DNA from: an uncultured Candidatus Saccharibacteria bacterium
Lineage (GTDB): Bacteria; Patescibacteriota; Andersenbacteria; UBA10190
Length of the DNA: 64,000 bases
Assembly: GCA_964562905.1 (NCBI GenBank)
Contig: CAZLVG010000001.1
Location: 2,297-66,296 of the forward strand
Reading direction: 5' to 3'
Shown here piece after piece: positions 49,077 through 57,798 of this stretch. Position 1 is the stretch's first letter. Every line of letters starts with the position of its first letter. The position numbers and the translations under genes are program-made. Under the pieces are notes generated by a model that saw only the letters and a list, made by a program, of their open reading frames with translations, searched no databases and was not told the DNA's origin.

Positions 49077-49604
49077 CTACCTTCTGTGTAATTTAAAGGA
49101 AAAAGTGGGCTCCGGCTCCAGGGCAAAATTACGCAGCGGCGCTTCCACTTGCCGCACCCAGTCTAGCCCTTTCAGCTTTTGCTGGTATTCTACCACCGCC
49201 TGGCGTTCGGAAGCGGTTCCGTTAATAACCAGTACTGAAGGTTCTTCTTCGTGAACCTCTAAGCCGGTCAGGCGCAAAGCCGGCGGCATAATCTCTAACG
49301 CGTCCTCCACACTGTCCGACCAGGGCTGGTAACTTACACGTCGCTGCTCAAACTCGCGCAGTAACCGGTTAACTTCCTCCACCTCCCTGACCACCTCGGA
49401 GTGAAAACCATCTCCTTCCGTTTTGCTGCCAGCCATCCCTTCTTCGATCTGCTGAAAAACCACAAAGATAGCCGCCAGTGCTCCTACCAGCAGCAGCAAC
49501 AGCAGGTAGATCCTGTTTAAAAAGCGTCCCAAGCGGCACAAGTATAAACGCCTGGTGCGCTTTCTCAGAAGAGGTTTAGGCAGGAGGTTTATTTCTTTAC
49601 TCAT
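49077..49604 (-). CDS. pilN: PilN-like protein, set 1
   Basis: EINLLPK motif, TM, WS......IMPPALRLTGL. Confidence 0.8.
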   Translation of the reverse strand: MSKEINLLPKPLLRKRTRRLYLCRLGRFLNRIYLLLLLLVGALAAIFVVFQQIEEGMAGSKTEGDGFHSEVVREVEEVNRLLREFEQRRVSYQPWSDSVEDALEIMPPALRLTGLEVHEEEPSVLVINGTASERQAVVEYQQKLKGLDWVRQVEAPLRNFALEPEPTFSFKLHRR

Positions 49605-49629
49605 ACGTTACCGCCGCAACTGCTCCTAC

Positions 49630-50655
49630 TTATTCTACCTGCCTAAGAGACAGGCCTAAGGCAGTGGAAAAGTGCACTGACTCTCGTAATGACAAGGGTA
49701 TCTTCTTCTTAGCCGATTTTAAAGGCAAGATATTGACCCAGGGATTGCCGCGCTGCACATGGACGTTATCAAAAAAGCGCAGAAAAACCCGATCTAGTCC
49801 AGGAAAGTTAGCGCCGCCGCCGGTTAACAATATCTCTCTGACCTCGTGCTGCTCGTCAATACTGTTATAAAACTCCACAATGCCCAATATCTCCATAACC
49901 AACCCTTCCTGCGCCGCTCGCATTCTCTCTGCCATCAAGGCTGCCTCTTCCTCCGGCAGCTCCTCTTCCCTAGGAAAAGACAACTCTTTAGCCTCGCGGG
50001 CAGGCAACGCTTTGAGGAGGTCCTGTCCCCCCCGCTGCAAACTAGCCGTAAACCGAATAGTCCCGTGGTCATGAATCACCACGTTGGTAGCTGTCCCCCC
50101 CAAATCAACCAGTAACAGGCCCTGATGAGCTTTAAGCTCTCGCGAAACCAAAGCCCGCACAATGGCCTGACTTTCCAGCTCCAGCGCCGCCACGTCCAGC
50201 TGTAACTCATACAGAACCTCTAACAGCGGATCTACCACCTTTTTCTGAGCTGCTCCCACCAACACCTCCTGCTTACCTTCAACCACTTTATGCCCCGACT
50301 TAACAGGCTGCCAGTCAACATATACGTTCTCCAGTCCAAAGGGAATATGCCGCGCCACTTCCCACGGCACTGCTTCTTCTATCTCCTCCGGGTCCATAAT
50401 GGGCAACTGCGTCACCCGCAAAAATGACTGCGTTTCCGGCACGGAAACCGTTACCGGATCGTCCCACGACAACAGCCGGCAATATTTCCTAGCCCGGGAC
50501 AGTGTCTTTTTTAAAATGGAAGGTTGTTGTATTACGCCCCGCTCAATAACTCCGTTAGGGATTGGTTGCCAGCAGTGGGCCAGCAGCCGACGTGGAGAAC
50601 TTTCCGACAGCTGAACCACCTTCACGGAACGGTCCGATATGTCTAGGCCTATCAT
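49630..50655 (-). CDS. pilM: PilM, set 1
   Basis: IGLDISDRSVK, IPFGLENVYVDW, VDLGGTAT, LTGGGANFPG, ALGLSLR. Confidence 0.9.
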   Translation of the reverse strand: MIGLDISDRSVKVVQLSESSPRRLLAHCWQPIPNGVIERGVIQQPSILKKTLSRARKYCRLLSWDDPVTVSVPETQSFLRVTQLPIMDPEEIEEAVPWEVARHIPFGLENVYVDWQPVKSGHKVVEGKQEVLVGAAQKKVVDPLLEVLYELQLDVAALELESQAIVRALVSRELKAHQGLLLVDLGGTATNVVIHDHGTIRFTASLQRGGQDLLKALPAREAKELSFPREEELPEEEAALMAERMRAAQEGLVMEILGIVEFYNSIDEQHEVREILLTGGGANFPGLDRVFLRFFDNVHVQRGNPWVNILPLKSAKKKIPLSLRESVHFSTALGLSLRQVE

Positions 50656-52046
50656 TGCACCTCCTCCCAGGAAATAAACTTATACTGCCCGGTGGTGGGG
50701 AAATAAGGCGGGGGTAAGTATAGCATGTTGGGATCGTACTCGGAGACCCCTTCCTGGTAGCCGCTGACTACCGTGCCGTCAGAGTCAACCCAACTGGTGA
50801 CGGGCACCAAGTTACTGGCTATCATGCCGTAGCGGGTGATCCTGGTTTTCAGTCGGTGCTCTCCATAATAATAGTACCGGCGGCCGAACCTCCCTTTCTG
50901 GGCTATATAAGCACCGTCCAGCTGCAGGTAATCGGGAGCGGCGGAATAAGGAATGAGCACGTGGCGCTGGGCTATAGCTCCCAGCGCGCGCGAGCCGTCC
51001 TTCACCCCGCCATAGCTGATGTCACCATTAACAATAATGTCCACGTTAGTGCCGGGCGCGTCGGGAAATCTGCCCGCGGCCACCGTAACGCGGTCCCTTA
51101 CTTCTCCTTCCATCCACAGCGTATCTTCCACATATATCACGCCCCCGGACGGCACCAACTGTGTTCCCAAAAAGGTTTCCTGGCCGATATCGTGCGAAGT
51201 CCATTGCCAGCCCGTCTCCGGAAACCACGACCATATGTTTGACCCTTTACTGTTCACTTCGTACATGGAGTAAGTGTTGTCCGCGTTAAAAACCAGATGG
51301 TAGCCATAATTACCTGAAGTACCGTAATAAGTGCCGGCCTGCTGCGCCAGGTCTTTCATGTCCAGCAGGTCCAGCGTCAACGAAGCGTAATCCACCACCG
51401 GCACCGGAAATTCCCATAAATCCCGCATCTCCCCGCTTCCCCACACCCCCGGCTTCTCTTCGTAGTCGCACCCGTGATGCGGCTGGCAAATGTAAGTTTC
51501 TTTAGCGCTGGCCATTAGGCTCTCCGAATAACCGTCCATCCTTATCCCTCCGTTAGCGTGTACCGGACCGTTTATCTCGCCGCCGTACCACACGTCACTG
51601 TTGGTTATAGACGAGTACCGCGCCAGCGACTCTTTGCCATACCGTGCCTTTAGGGTAACTTCCCGGCTTGGCTGGCTGGACGTGGTGCCTACTGACTGGA
51701 TCATAACCACGTCACTCCCGGACAGTGACTGAAACGTAACCTCAAAGGAGCCCAGCACCCCCGCGTATTGATCTTCCACTTCCCGTGTTTCGGAGGAAAA
51801 ATCTTCCGTGCTGTGCGCCAGCCGCCAGCGGCCGTAGTTGAGACCGGCTTCCGCGATCTGAAAAGCCAGCTCGTCGCCGGACTGCAGTACGGCCTCGTGG
51901 TAAGTGCGGCTGACTAAGCCCGCCAGGCCCGTAAAAATGACCACGAACATAACTACGAATACCAGTGTCATTATCAGCACGCCGCCTCGCTGGCGGCTAA
52001 CGCCGCCGGAAGCTCCTGCGCCAAAGCAATCCCTCAAGAAGGACAT
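50652..52046 (-). CDS. PilX-like minor pilin (X1) with large C-terminal domain
   Basis: QRG/GVLIMTLVF prepilin site, AFQIAEAGLNY motif, WEE end. Confidence 0.8.
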   Translation of the reverse strand: MSFLRDCFGAGASGGVSRQRGGVLIMTLVFVVMFVVIFTGLAGLVSRTYHEAVLQSGDELAFQIAEAGLNYGRWRLAHSTEDFSSETREVEDQYAGVLGSFEVTFQSLSGSDVVMIQSVGTTSSQPSREVTLKARYGKESLARYSSITNSDVWYGGEINGPVHANGGIRMDGYSESLMASAKETYICQPHHGCDYEEKPGVWGSGEMRDLWEFPVPVVDYASLTLDLLDMKDLAQQAGTYYGTSGNYGYHLVFNADNTYSMYEVNSKGSNIWSWFPETGWQWTSHDIGQETFLGTQLVPSGGVIYVEDTLWMEGEVRDRVTVAAGRFPDAPGTNVDIIVNGDISYGGVKDGSRALGAIAQRHVLIPYSAAPDYLQLDGAYIAQKGRFGRRYYYYGEHRLKTRITRYGMIASNLVPVTSWVDSDGTVVSGYQEGVSEYDPNMLYLPPPYFPTTGQYKFISWEEVQ

Positions 52047-52086
52047 GAATATATAATAACACACCGCGGTTATTCAAAAACCGCGG

Positions 52087-53532
52087 TTACCGCCACGTGG
52101 AAAACCAGAACAGTTTTTCGTACAAATCATGCGGTAAAAAGAAGCCGTACGTTAAGGGACTGAACACTAAAAACATAGCCGCCGCCGCTCCCAGCAGTAC
52201 ATAATAATAGGGGGGCTGCTTCATCAAGCTCCCTTTTCTGAAAAACCCGGTTCCGTCCAACCAGAGCAGACCCGCCAGTAAAGCGAACAAAAGAGGCGTA
52301 AGGTAATGATAAAGAAACAGCGCCCGCGGTACGCGCGCCAAAGGTACATAAGAGATAATATAACCGGCCAGCGGAATGAAAACGGCTTTATTATAGCCGT
52401 CAGAACCTAACCTTTTCAGAGATTCCAATTTATAAGCCGCGAAAAAATCTCTTATTTGTTTACTCCGCCTGTACAGGAATGAATAACACATGCCAAGCAG
52501 TGAAATAATCAACAGAGCGCCTATGCTCCACCAGACAACCAGATTACCCAGAAAATAAATGGAGGCTACGCGGCCTTCACCGCCGCTTTGCGTCCAGTAA
52601 AAAACGGGGGTGCCGACATACGGCCAACTCCACCAGCGACTGGCATCCGGATGGGTAGCTTCAAGGTTGTAGTTAGCGTCAAACATGATCCGATGTAATT
52701 CTATCGTTTCTTTGACAAAAGTTACGGGCAGCCAACCTTCGTCCCACTGCGGTACCCGCCAGGCATCTCCCGGTCCGGACTGTGTGAGCAAAGCAAAATG
52801 CAGCGCCCAGCCTGCCCCGTAGACAGTCAGGCCGCTGGCCGCGATTAGCAGAGCAACTGCCAGATAACGAGCTAACATCTTGTAAGATGAGACATTAAGC
52901 ACGCGCCAGGCCAGTATTACCGCCAGCACACCCGCGGCCACCAAGCCGGTAAACTTCGCGCCTACGGCCAGTCCGGCCAAGGCTCCTGCCGCGCACGCGC
53001 GCCACGCCCATCTCTGCCAGTGAAAAGGACTTTTCCTGAATGATTTTTCCATCCCCAAGTAGGCGCTTAGACAACCAAAAACAGCTACCAGCAGCACGCC
53101 GTCCAGGGATATTACGCGATTTTGCACGGTCAGAGCGTTATCAAATATAACCATCATGCTCCCTAAAAAAGCTGCCGCCTGTCCGGCTCCCAACTGTCTT
53201 AACAATATAAAAATCACGAGCGGCAGCAACATTCCCATAAGCGCCGGTACGGCCCGCAGTCCGATAGGAGACACAGCACCGTACCTCTGCCCTATATTGG
53301 AAAACGACAAGTCTCCCTCATAACCAGCCAGTTTAGCGGCGCCCGCCACCAGCAGCTTGGCGTGGGGCGGATGGATATCAAAAAATCTCTCTCCCGTACA
53401 GCAGTAGGCCGTAACGAACTTTCCAAAATGAACCTCGTCAAAAACCACTTGCCGCGGATAGCTTAGCCACATAAATTGAGTGGCCGCGGCCAGCGCGAGG
53501 ATAACCAACAATAATTTGAACCGCTGCGACAT
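52087..53532 (-). CDS. Protein O-mannosyltransferase-like GT-C (PMT, GT39)
   Basis: VVFDEVHFGKF...FFDIHPP.AKL, HP.ASRWWSWP, LGN.V.WW, R.LFLYHYL motifs. Confidence 0.9.
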   Translation of the reverse strand: MSQRFKLLLVILALAAATQFMWLSYPRQVVFDEVHFGKFVTAYCCTGERFFDIHPPHAKLLVAGAAKLAGYEGDLSFSNIGQRYGAVSPIGLRAVPALMGMLLPLVIFILLRQLGAGQAAAFLGSMMVIFDNALTVQNRVISLDGVLLVAVFGCLSAYLGMEKSFRKSPFHWQRWAWRACAAGALAGLAVGAKFTGLVAAGVLAVILAWRVLNVSSYKMLARYLAVALLIAASGLTVYGAGWALHFALLTQSGPGDAWRVPQWDEGWLPVTFVKETIELHRIMFDANYNLEATHPDASRWWSWPYVGTPVFYWTQSGGEGRVASIYFLGNLVVWWSIGALLIISLLGMCYSFLYRRSKQIRDFFAAYKLESLKRLGSDGYNKAVFIPLAGYIISYVPLARVPRALFLYHYLTPLLFALLAGLLWLDGTGFFRKGSLMKQPPYYYVLLGAAAAMFLVFSPLTYGFFLPHDLYEKLFWFSTWR

Positions 53533-53535
53533 AAG

Positions 53536-53656
53536 TACAGATATCACATTATGCCATGCCGCTCTTCAAAATAAACGGGTGGCGCGGGGTGGAGGGTGCA
53601 GGGCCGTGCCAGGGCCCGTTATAAGTATAGCGGCATGGCATAATGTTACCTCTGTA
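53536..53656. mobile_element. MITE-like repeat copy 3 (intact, 121 bp)
   Basis: TACAGATATCACATTATGCCATGCCGCT ... AGCGGCATGGCATAATGTTACCTCTGTA: 28-bp TIR with 3 mismatches, TA ends. Confidence 0.85.
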
Positions 53657-53821
53657 GATGTTTATTTTATGCGACAGTATTATTTTCCTCCACTGTCGTC
53701 AACGGCCATGTCTGTGCTCTGCGCTAATTAATCTAACTACGTCAAGCGCTAGCCGCTGGCTGTCCGGGCTAGACCGTCGGTACCGGCTGGCAACCGCCGC
53801 CGTAACGACCGCCGGCTGAAA

Positions 53822-55639
53822 TCAAGGCGAGGGCGAAGGGCTGGGAGAGGGCGAAGGGCTGGGAGAGGTGTCATCGTCAACTATAATTACCCCGGCCGGC
53901 GGGCCTAAAGACACGCTGTGGGCGTGGCTAAAGGCGCGGGCCAACGCCGCCGCGAAGTCTTCGTCCCCCTCCACCTGATCGTCGCCCTCCACCGCCGCCG
54001 GCACCGTTTGACTTAAGGAACCGCCCGGTTCAAAGGTGAGCGTGATGTCACTGCCGCTGTAATCGCCATCCGACCGCGCGGCCGACCCGTCCTGAAATTC
54101 CAGCCGGACGGTCAACGTATCATCCACCGATGACGACAAAGACACCTTAAAAGCAATCGGCGTGCTGTCGGAGGCATCCCCTTCAGTCACCGGCAGCGGG
54201 TTGGACAATACTACGTCAGGATCGGCTGGGTCCACGTTCTGAACGGTCACCGCTACCGGAGAGAGAACTTCTTCCGCCGCGCAAGTGCCGGCCGGACCCT
54301 GGCAGCTGCCGCCGACCACGCTGCAGCCGGAGGGACCTTCAGCGACCACTTGAGTCTCGCAGCCGCTCTCCCATCCCCCCCAGTACCAGCTGCAGCCGGC
54401 GTCATCGGCGCAAATAGTGCGGCAGGTGCCGCCAGCGCCGCACATTTCACCCGCGGGACAGTCAGTGTCCTGTGAGCAAGCCGCGTCGCTTGATGATACA
54501 TGGCACTCTTCACCGTTAGCGCACCAGCTCCTGTCCGAATCCACCAGCGGGTCGGGTTCCGGACACGCCATCGGGCCACATTCCAGTCCGGGGCAGGCCC
54601 CGCCGGCGTCATATCCCCCCCGGCAGGAAGCCGACGCGCCTCCGCCGGACGCCGCCCGGCAATCAGGCGTCCACGTGGTCCGGCACTGGCTGACTACCCG
54701 CCAGCGGCCGCAGCCAGTAAAGGTGCCGGAATCTATATATTGGCAGTCAGTAACACAGCTGCCCGGGCAGTCCAGCGAGGTGGCACAGCTGTCCTGTTCG
54801 CAAAACATAGCAGTATCGTCGGCCGGTCCTCCTTCGTCATAGGAAGCGAAAGTAAGCTCGTACCAGTCATTTTCGTAACAGTAACCGTTAAAACAGGCGC
54901 TGCCGGCCGGACAAGTCCAGTCCGGACAGCTAGCCGTGGGGCAAGTACCGCTAAGCGGGCACAGCGCTCCCGTACCGCACCACGTACCGGGCCGGCAAGA
55001 CTCCCCTTGGACCGGCAAATCCGGCGCCGTCACTCCGCAAAAGCCGGTCAGGGGGCACAGCTGCCCGTCGTCGCACAGCAGGCCCGGCGTGCAAGCGGTA
55101 CCCGAAGTCGGCGGCCCCGGTCCCGGCGGAGGGTCGCACACCCCCGTGGAAACGTCGCAATCGCGCCCGTCGGGACATGAAACACAGGAGGCGGGCCGTC
55201 TTTTCTCCGTCACGTAAGTTACGGTCCGCACGTCACGCGCCTCTCCTCCGGCTGTGGTCCAGGCCACTTCTATCTCAACCTTTTTAAAATCCTCCGCTTC
55301 ATCAGCAGTCAGCGGGTCATCCACATAGGCAATACTGGTTGTCATCTGATACTGTTCATTATCCCGGCTAACCGTCTGCGGAGCCGCGTCTATCACTCCC
55401 TCCGGCTCTGCCGGGTCCGGGGACGTATAGCCCACGTCGCTGTAAGGCAAGGAGTCGATGTACCCTTTCTGCTCGTTCAAAATGGACAGCGCCGACAACT
55501 GGCGCTCCGCTCCGGTAAGCAGGCGCGTAGTCAGAACGGAAAGTCCCAGCACACTGACGCTCACAAACCCGATAATAAAGACTGACACCAACACGCCGAC
55601 AAGGCTCTGTCCTCTACAAACTTCCCCTGTGTCCTTCAT
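53822..55639 (-). CDS. PilV-like minor pilin (V2) fused to a Cys-rich region, Calx-beta domain and (SP)n tail
   Basis: RG/QSLVGVL prepilin-like N-terminus, FKKVEIEVAW, about 40 Cys, VTEGD...DGSA...DY...LTFEPG...D.QVEGDEDF, SPSPSPSPSPSP end. Confidence 0.8.
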   Translation of the reverse strand: MKDTGEVCRGQSLVGVLVSVFIIGFVSVSVLGLSVLTTRLLTGAERQLSALSILNEQKGYIDSLPYSDVGYTSPDPAEPEGVIDAAPQTVSRDNEQYQMTTSIAYVDDPLTADEAEDFKKVEIEVAWTTAGGEARDVRTVTYVTEKRRPASCVSCPDGRDCDVSTGVCDPPPGPGPPTSGTACTPGLLCDDGQLCPLTGFCGVTAPDLPVQGESCRPGTWCGTGALCPLSGTCPTASCPDWTCPAGSACFNGYCYENDWYELTFASYDEGGPADDTAMFCEQDSCATSLDCPGSCVTDCQYIDSGTFTGCGRWRVVSQCRTTWTPDCRAASGGGASASCRGGYDAGGACPGLECGPMACPEPDPLVDSDRSWCANGEECHVSSSDAACSQDTDCPAGEMCGAGGTCRTICADDAGCSWYWGGWESGCETQVVAEGPSGCSVVGGSCQGPAGTCAAEEVLSPVAVTVQNVDPADPDVVLSNPLPVTEGDASDSTPIAFKVSLSSSVDDTLTVRLEFQDGSAARSDGDYSGSDITLTFEPGGSLSQTVPAAVEGDDQVEGDEDFAAALARAFSHAHSVSLGPPAGVIIVDDDTSPSPSPSPSPSPSP

Positions 55640-55650
55640 ATGCGGCTCGG

Positions 55651-56325
55651 TTATGGAAAGGCCGGAGCGGCCGGCGGCAGCGGAGGAGCGCTGCCGGCCG
55701 CGGTATCTCTTAACCGTCCCCGCCGCGGCGTGACCTGGGTTTTGATAACCGCCGCCGGCGGGTCCTGGTCCTCGTCGGCATCAACTAAAAAGGTAATCTC
55801 TACCCGATCAACCGCCTTTAAGTCGTAGGCGGGATCCACTGCCTGCGCGCCGGCCCCGCCCAGCGAATAATAAACCAACAGCGGCTTGGCTTGCGCCGCG
55901 TTCCTGAAGCCGCGGGCCAGCACCTGCGGCGACTCGGTCCCCGTGCCTCCCATTTCCGTCACTCGGCGCATAAGTTTATCGCCGTCCACCCAGTACTGCA
56001 CCATCTCCGGCTCACTGTCGTCGTCGGCGTTGGTGTATATCACTATCTCTCCCGGGCCGGCGCGCCTTAACCACCTTTCCGCCTCACCGCTGAATTGGCC
56101 GTCATCGTCAAAATCCACGTTGCCGGCGTTGCGGATAGCGTCGCTCATCCTGTCCATTTCCGCCTTGGCCTCTTCCACTATCCTGCCCTGCTCTATCTGA
56201 AAGCGCGAGATACCCGCCACCCTCACCGCCAGCGCGAACAAGGCCGTCAACACCAGCGCGCCCGCCGCCGCCACCAGCAATACCTCAATAAAGGTCAGGC
56301 CTCTTTTGTCATTCTCAATCATCAT
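55651..56325 (-). CDS. PilW-like minor pilin (W2)
   Basis: KRG/LTFIEVLL class III signal peptide; resembles 57178-57798. Confidence 0.85.
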   Translation of the reverse strand: MMIENDKRGLTFIEVLLVAAAGALVLTALFALAVRVAGISRFQIEQGRIVEEAKAEMDRMSDAIRNAGNVDFDDDGQFSGEAERWLRRAGPGEIVIYTNADDDSEPEMVQYWVDGDKLMRRVTEMGGTGTESPQVLARGFRNAAQAKPLLVYYSLGGAGAQAVDPAYDLKAVDRVEITFLVDADEDQDPPAAVIKTQVTPRRGRLRDTAAGSAPPLPPAAPAFP

Positions 56326-57172
56326 CCAGAATTCTCACCTGGCGCGTGCTAACGGTCAGGTTAGCGTTAACGGGATCGCTAAGCACGGCCTGGAAGCTTT
56401 CATTCCCCTCCGGCTCGGTATCAGCCACGATATCCACCATAATCATCTTTGACGTCTGGCCGGGATCAAAGACCACCGTCTCCGTTTTGGACACATAATC
56501 CTGGCCGGCCGTCGCCGAATCGGGCTGGGTGGCAAAATCAACCGTCACCCGCAGGGGATACTCATGGGACAGAACCACGGTCAGCGGAGCCTGATTATCG
56601 TCGGGCGGGTCGCCTTCATTAACGCTTAACGGCGAAGACGGATCAAATTTAACGTTCGGCAACGAGGTGGTCAGGCCCAGCGCCCCGCATTCCACGTCCA
56701 GTTCATGATCCCAGGACCTGACATAATACCGCGTTCCGCCTACCGCCCCGGTCATGTCCGCGGCTTCGGCCGTAATAAGCTGGCATCTTCGCTCCACCGT
56801 CAAATCATGGCCCAGCGAGGACACCTTAAGCGGAACCCCCGCTCCGCCAGGCTGAAACGACAGCTCGGCAGCGCCGATAATATTACCGCTACTGTCTGAC
56901 ACCGCCCGCACCAGCGAACCTTCACTTATCAGGCCGGTCGGCGCGTAGGTCCCGCTATTTAAAAGAAACAAAGTGTACTCTACTCCCGCTTCCGCTATGT
57001 GAAAGGCTTGTTCTTCCTGCTCCTGGTCGACTACCTGGTGCGACTGCCTGACCGCGAAGTTCAGCCAGGCCGTTACCACCACCAGCAATATCACCAAGAA
57101 CATCAACGTTATGGTCATCACCGCTCCCCGCTGGCCGCGCCGCGCTCGGGCCCGTCTTCCGTAGTCCAGCAT
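56315..57172 (-). CDS. PilX-like minor pilin (X2) with Calx-beta domain
   Basis: QRG/AVMTITL, AFHIAEAGVEY; VTVDFAT..DSATAGQDY...FDPGQTSK...D.EPEGNESF. Confidence 0.85.
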   Translation of the reverse strand: MLDYGRRARARRGQRGAVMTITLMFLVILLVVVTAWLNFAVRQSHQVVDQEQEEQAFHIAEAGVEYTLFLLNSGTYAPTGLISEGSLVRAVSDSSGNIIGAAELSFQPGGAGVPLKVSSLGHDLTVERRCQLITAEAADMTGAVGGTRYYVRSWDHELDVECGALGLTTSLPNVKFDPSSPLSVNEGDPPDDNQAPLTVVLSHEYPLRVTVDFATQPDSATAGQDYVSKTETVVFDPGQTSKMIMVDIVADTEPEGNESFQAVLSDPVNANLTVSTRQVRILDDD

Positions 57173-57177
57173 AGTGT

Positions 57178-57798
57178 TTACTCCTCTATTACCTCTCCTA
57201 AATTAGTTTTTAGGTTGCGCAGCTGCACCTGCGACATTACTTCCACCGGATCCGGTTCCTGATTAGGATCAACATCTATAATAAGGCGAAATTGCAGGTA
57301 TTTTACCTCCGTTACGTCCGAAGACGATAAAGGCTCGCTGTCGGCCGGGTAATCGCCGGAATAATAAATAAAAATGGGCGTAGCCCCGTTGCGCACGGCG
57401 CCCACCGCCGTGGATACCTCTTCCGTATTTTCATCATAAACTAGAGGATCTCCCCCTGGTACGATCACCCCTCGCTTAAGGTCAGTCCCCTCCAGCTCGT
57501 AACGTATTCTTTCAGTAAGTCCGTCCTGGTCCACGTCGGAATAAAAAACTATCTTTTGCGGCTGTGCCGCGGCCAGCGGATAAGCGCCCGTGTCGGACAC
57601 GCGCAGCTCCCTCAACGACTTAGACAGCCGCTTTAAATGTACCCTGGCCGACTCCGTGGAACTGGCTTGCATAAACACTAAACGCGACAGAGGATATCCC
57701 GCGGCCATTAAGCGCAACAGCGCTACCAGAATAACAGAGCTGAAAAAAGCCACCAGTATCACTTCAATAAACGTGACTCCTGGTGATGGCCGGCTCAT
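57178..57798 (-). CDS. PilW-like minor pilin (W1)
   Basis: G/VTFIEVIL; FYSDVDQDG..ERIRY; SQVQLRNLKTNL end. Confidence 0.85.
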   Translation of the reverse strand: MSRPSPGVTFIEVILVAFFSSVILVALLRLMAAGYPLSRLVFMQASSTESARVHLKRLSKSLRELRVSDTGAYPLAAAQPQKIVFYSDVDQDGLTERIRYELEGTDLKRGVIVPGGDPLVYDENTEEVSTAVGAVRNGATPIFIYYSGDYPADSEPLSSSDVTEVKYLQFRLIIDVDPNQEPDPVEVMSQVQLRNLKTNLGEVIEE

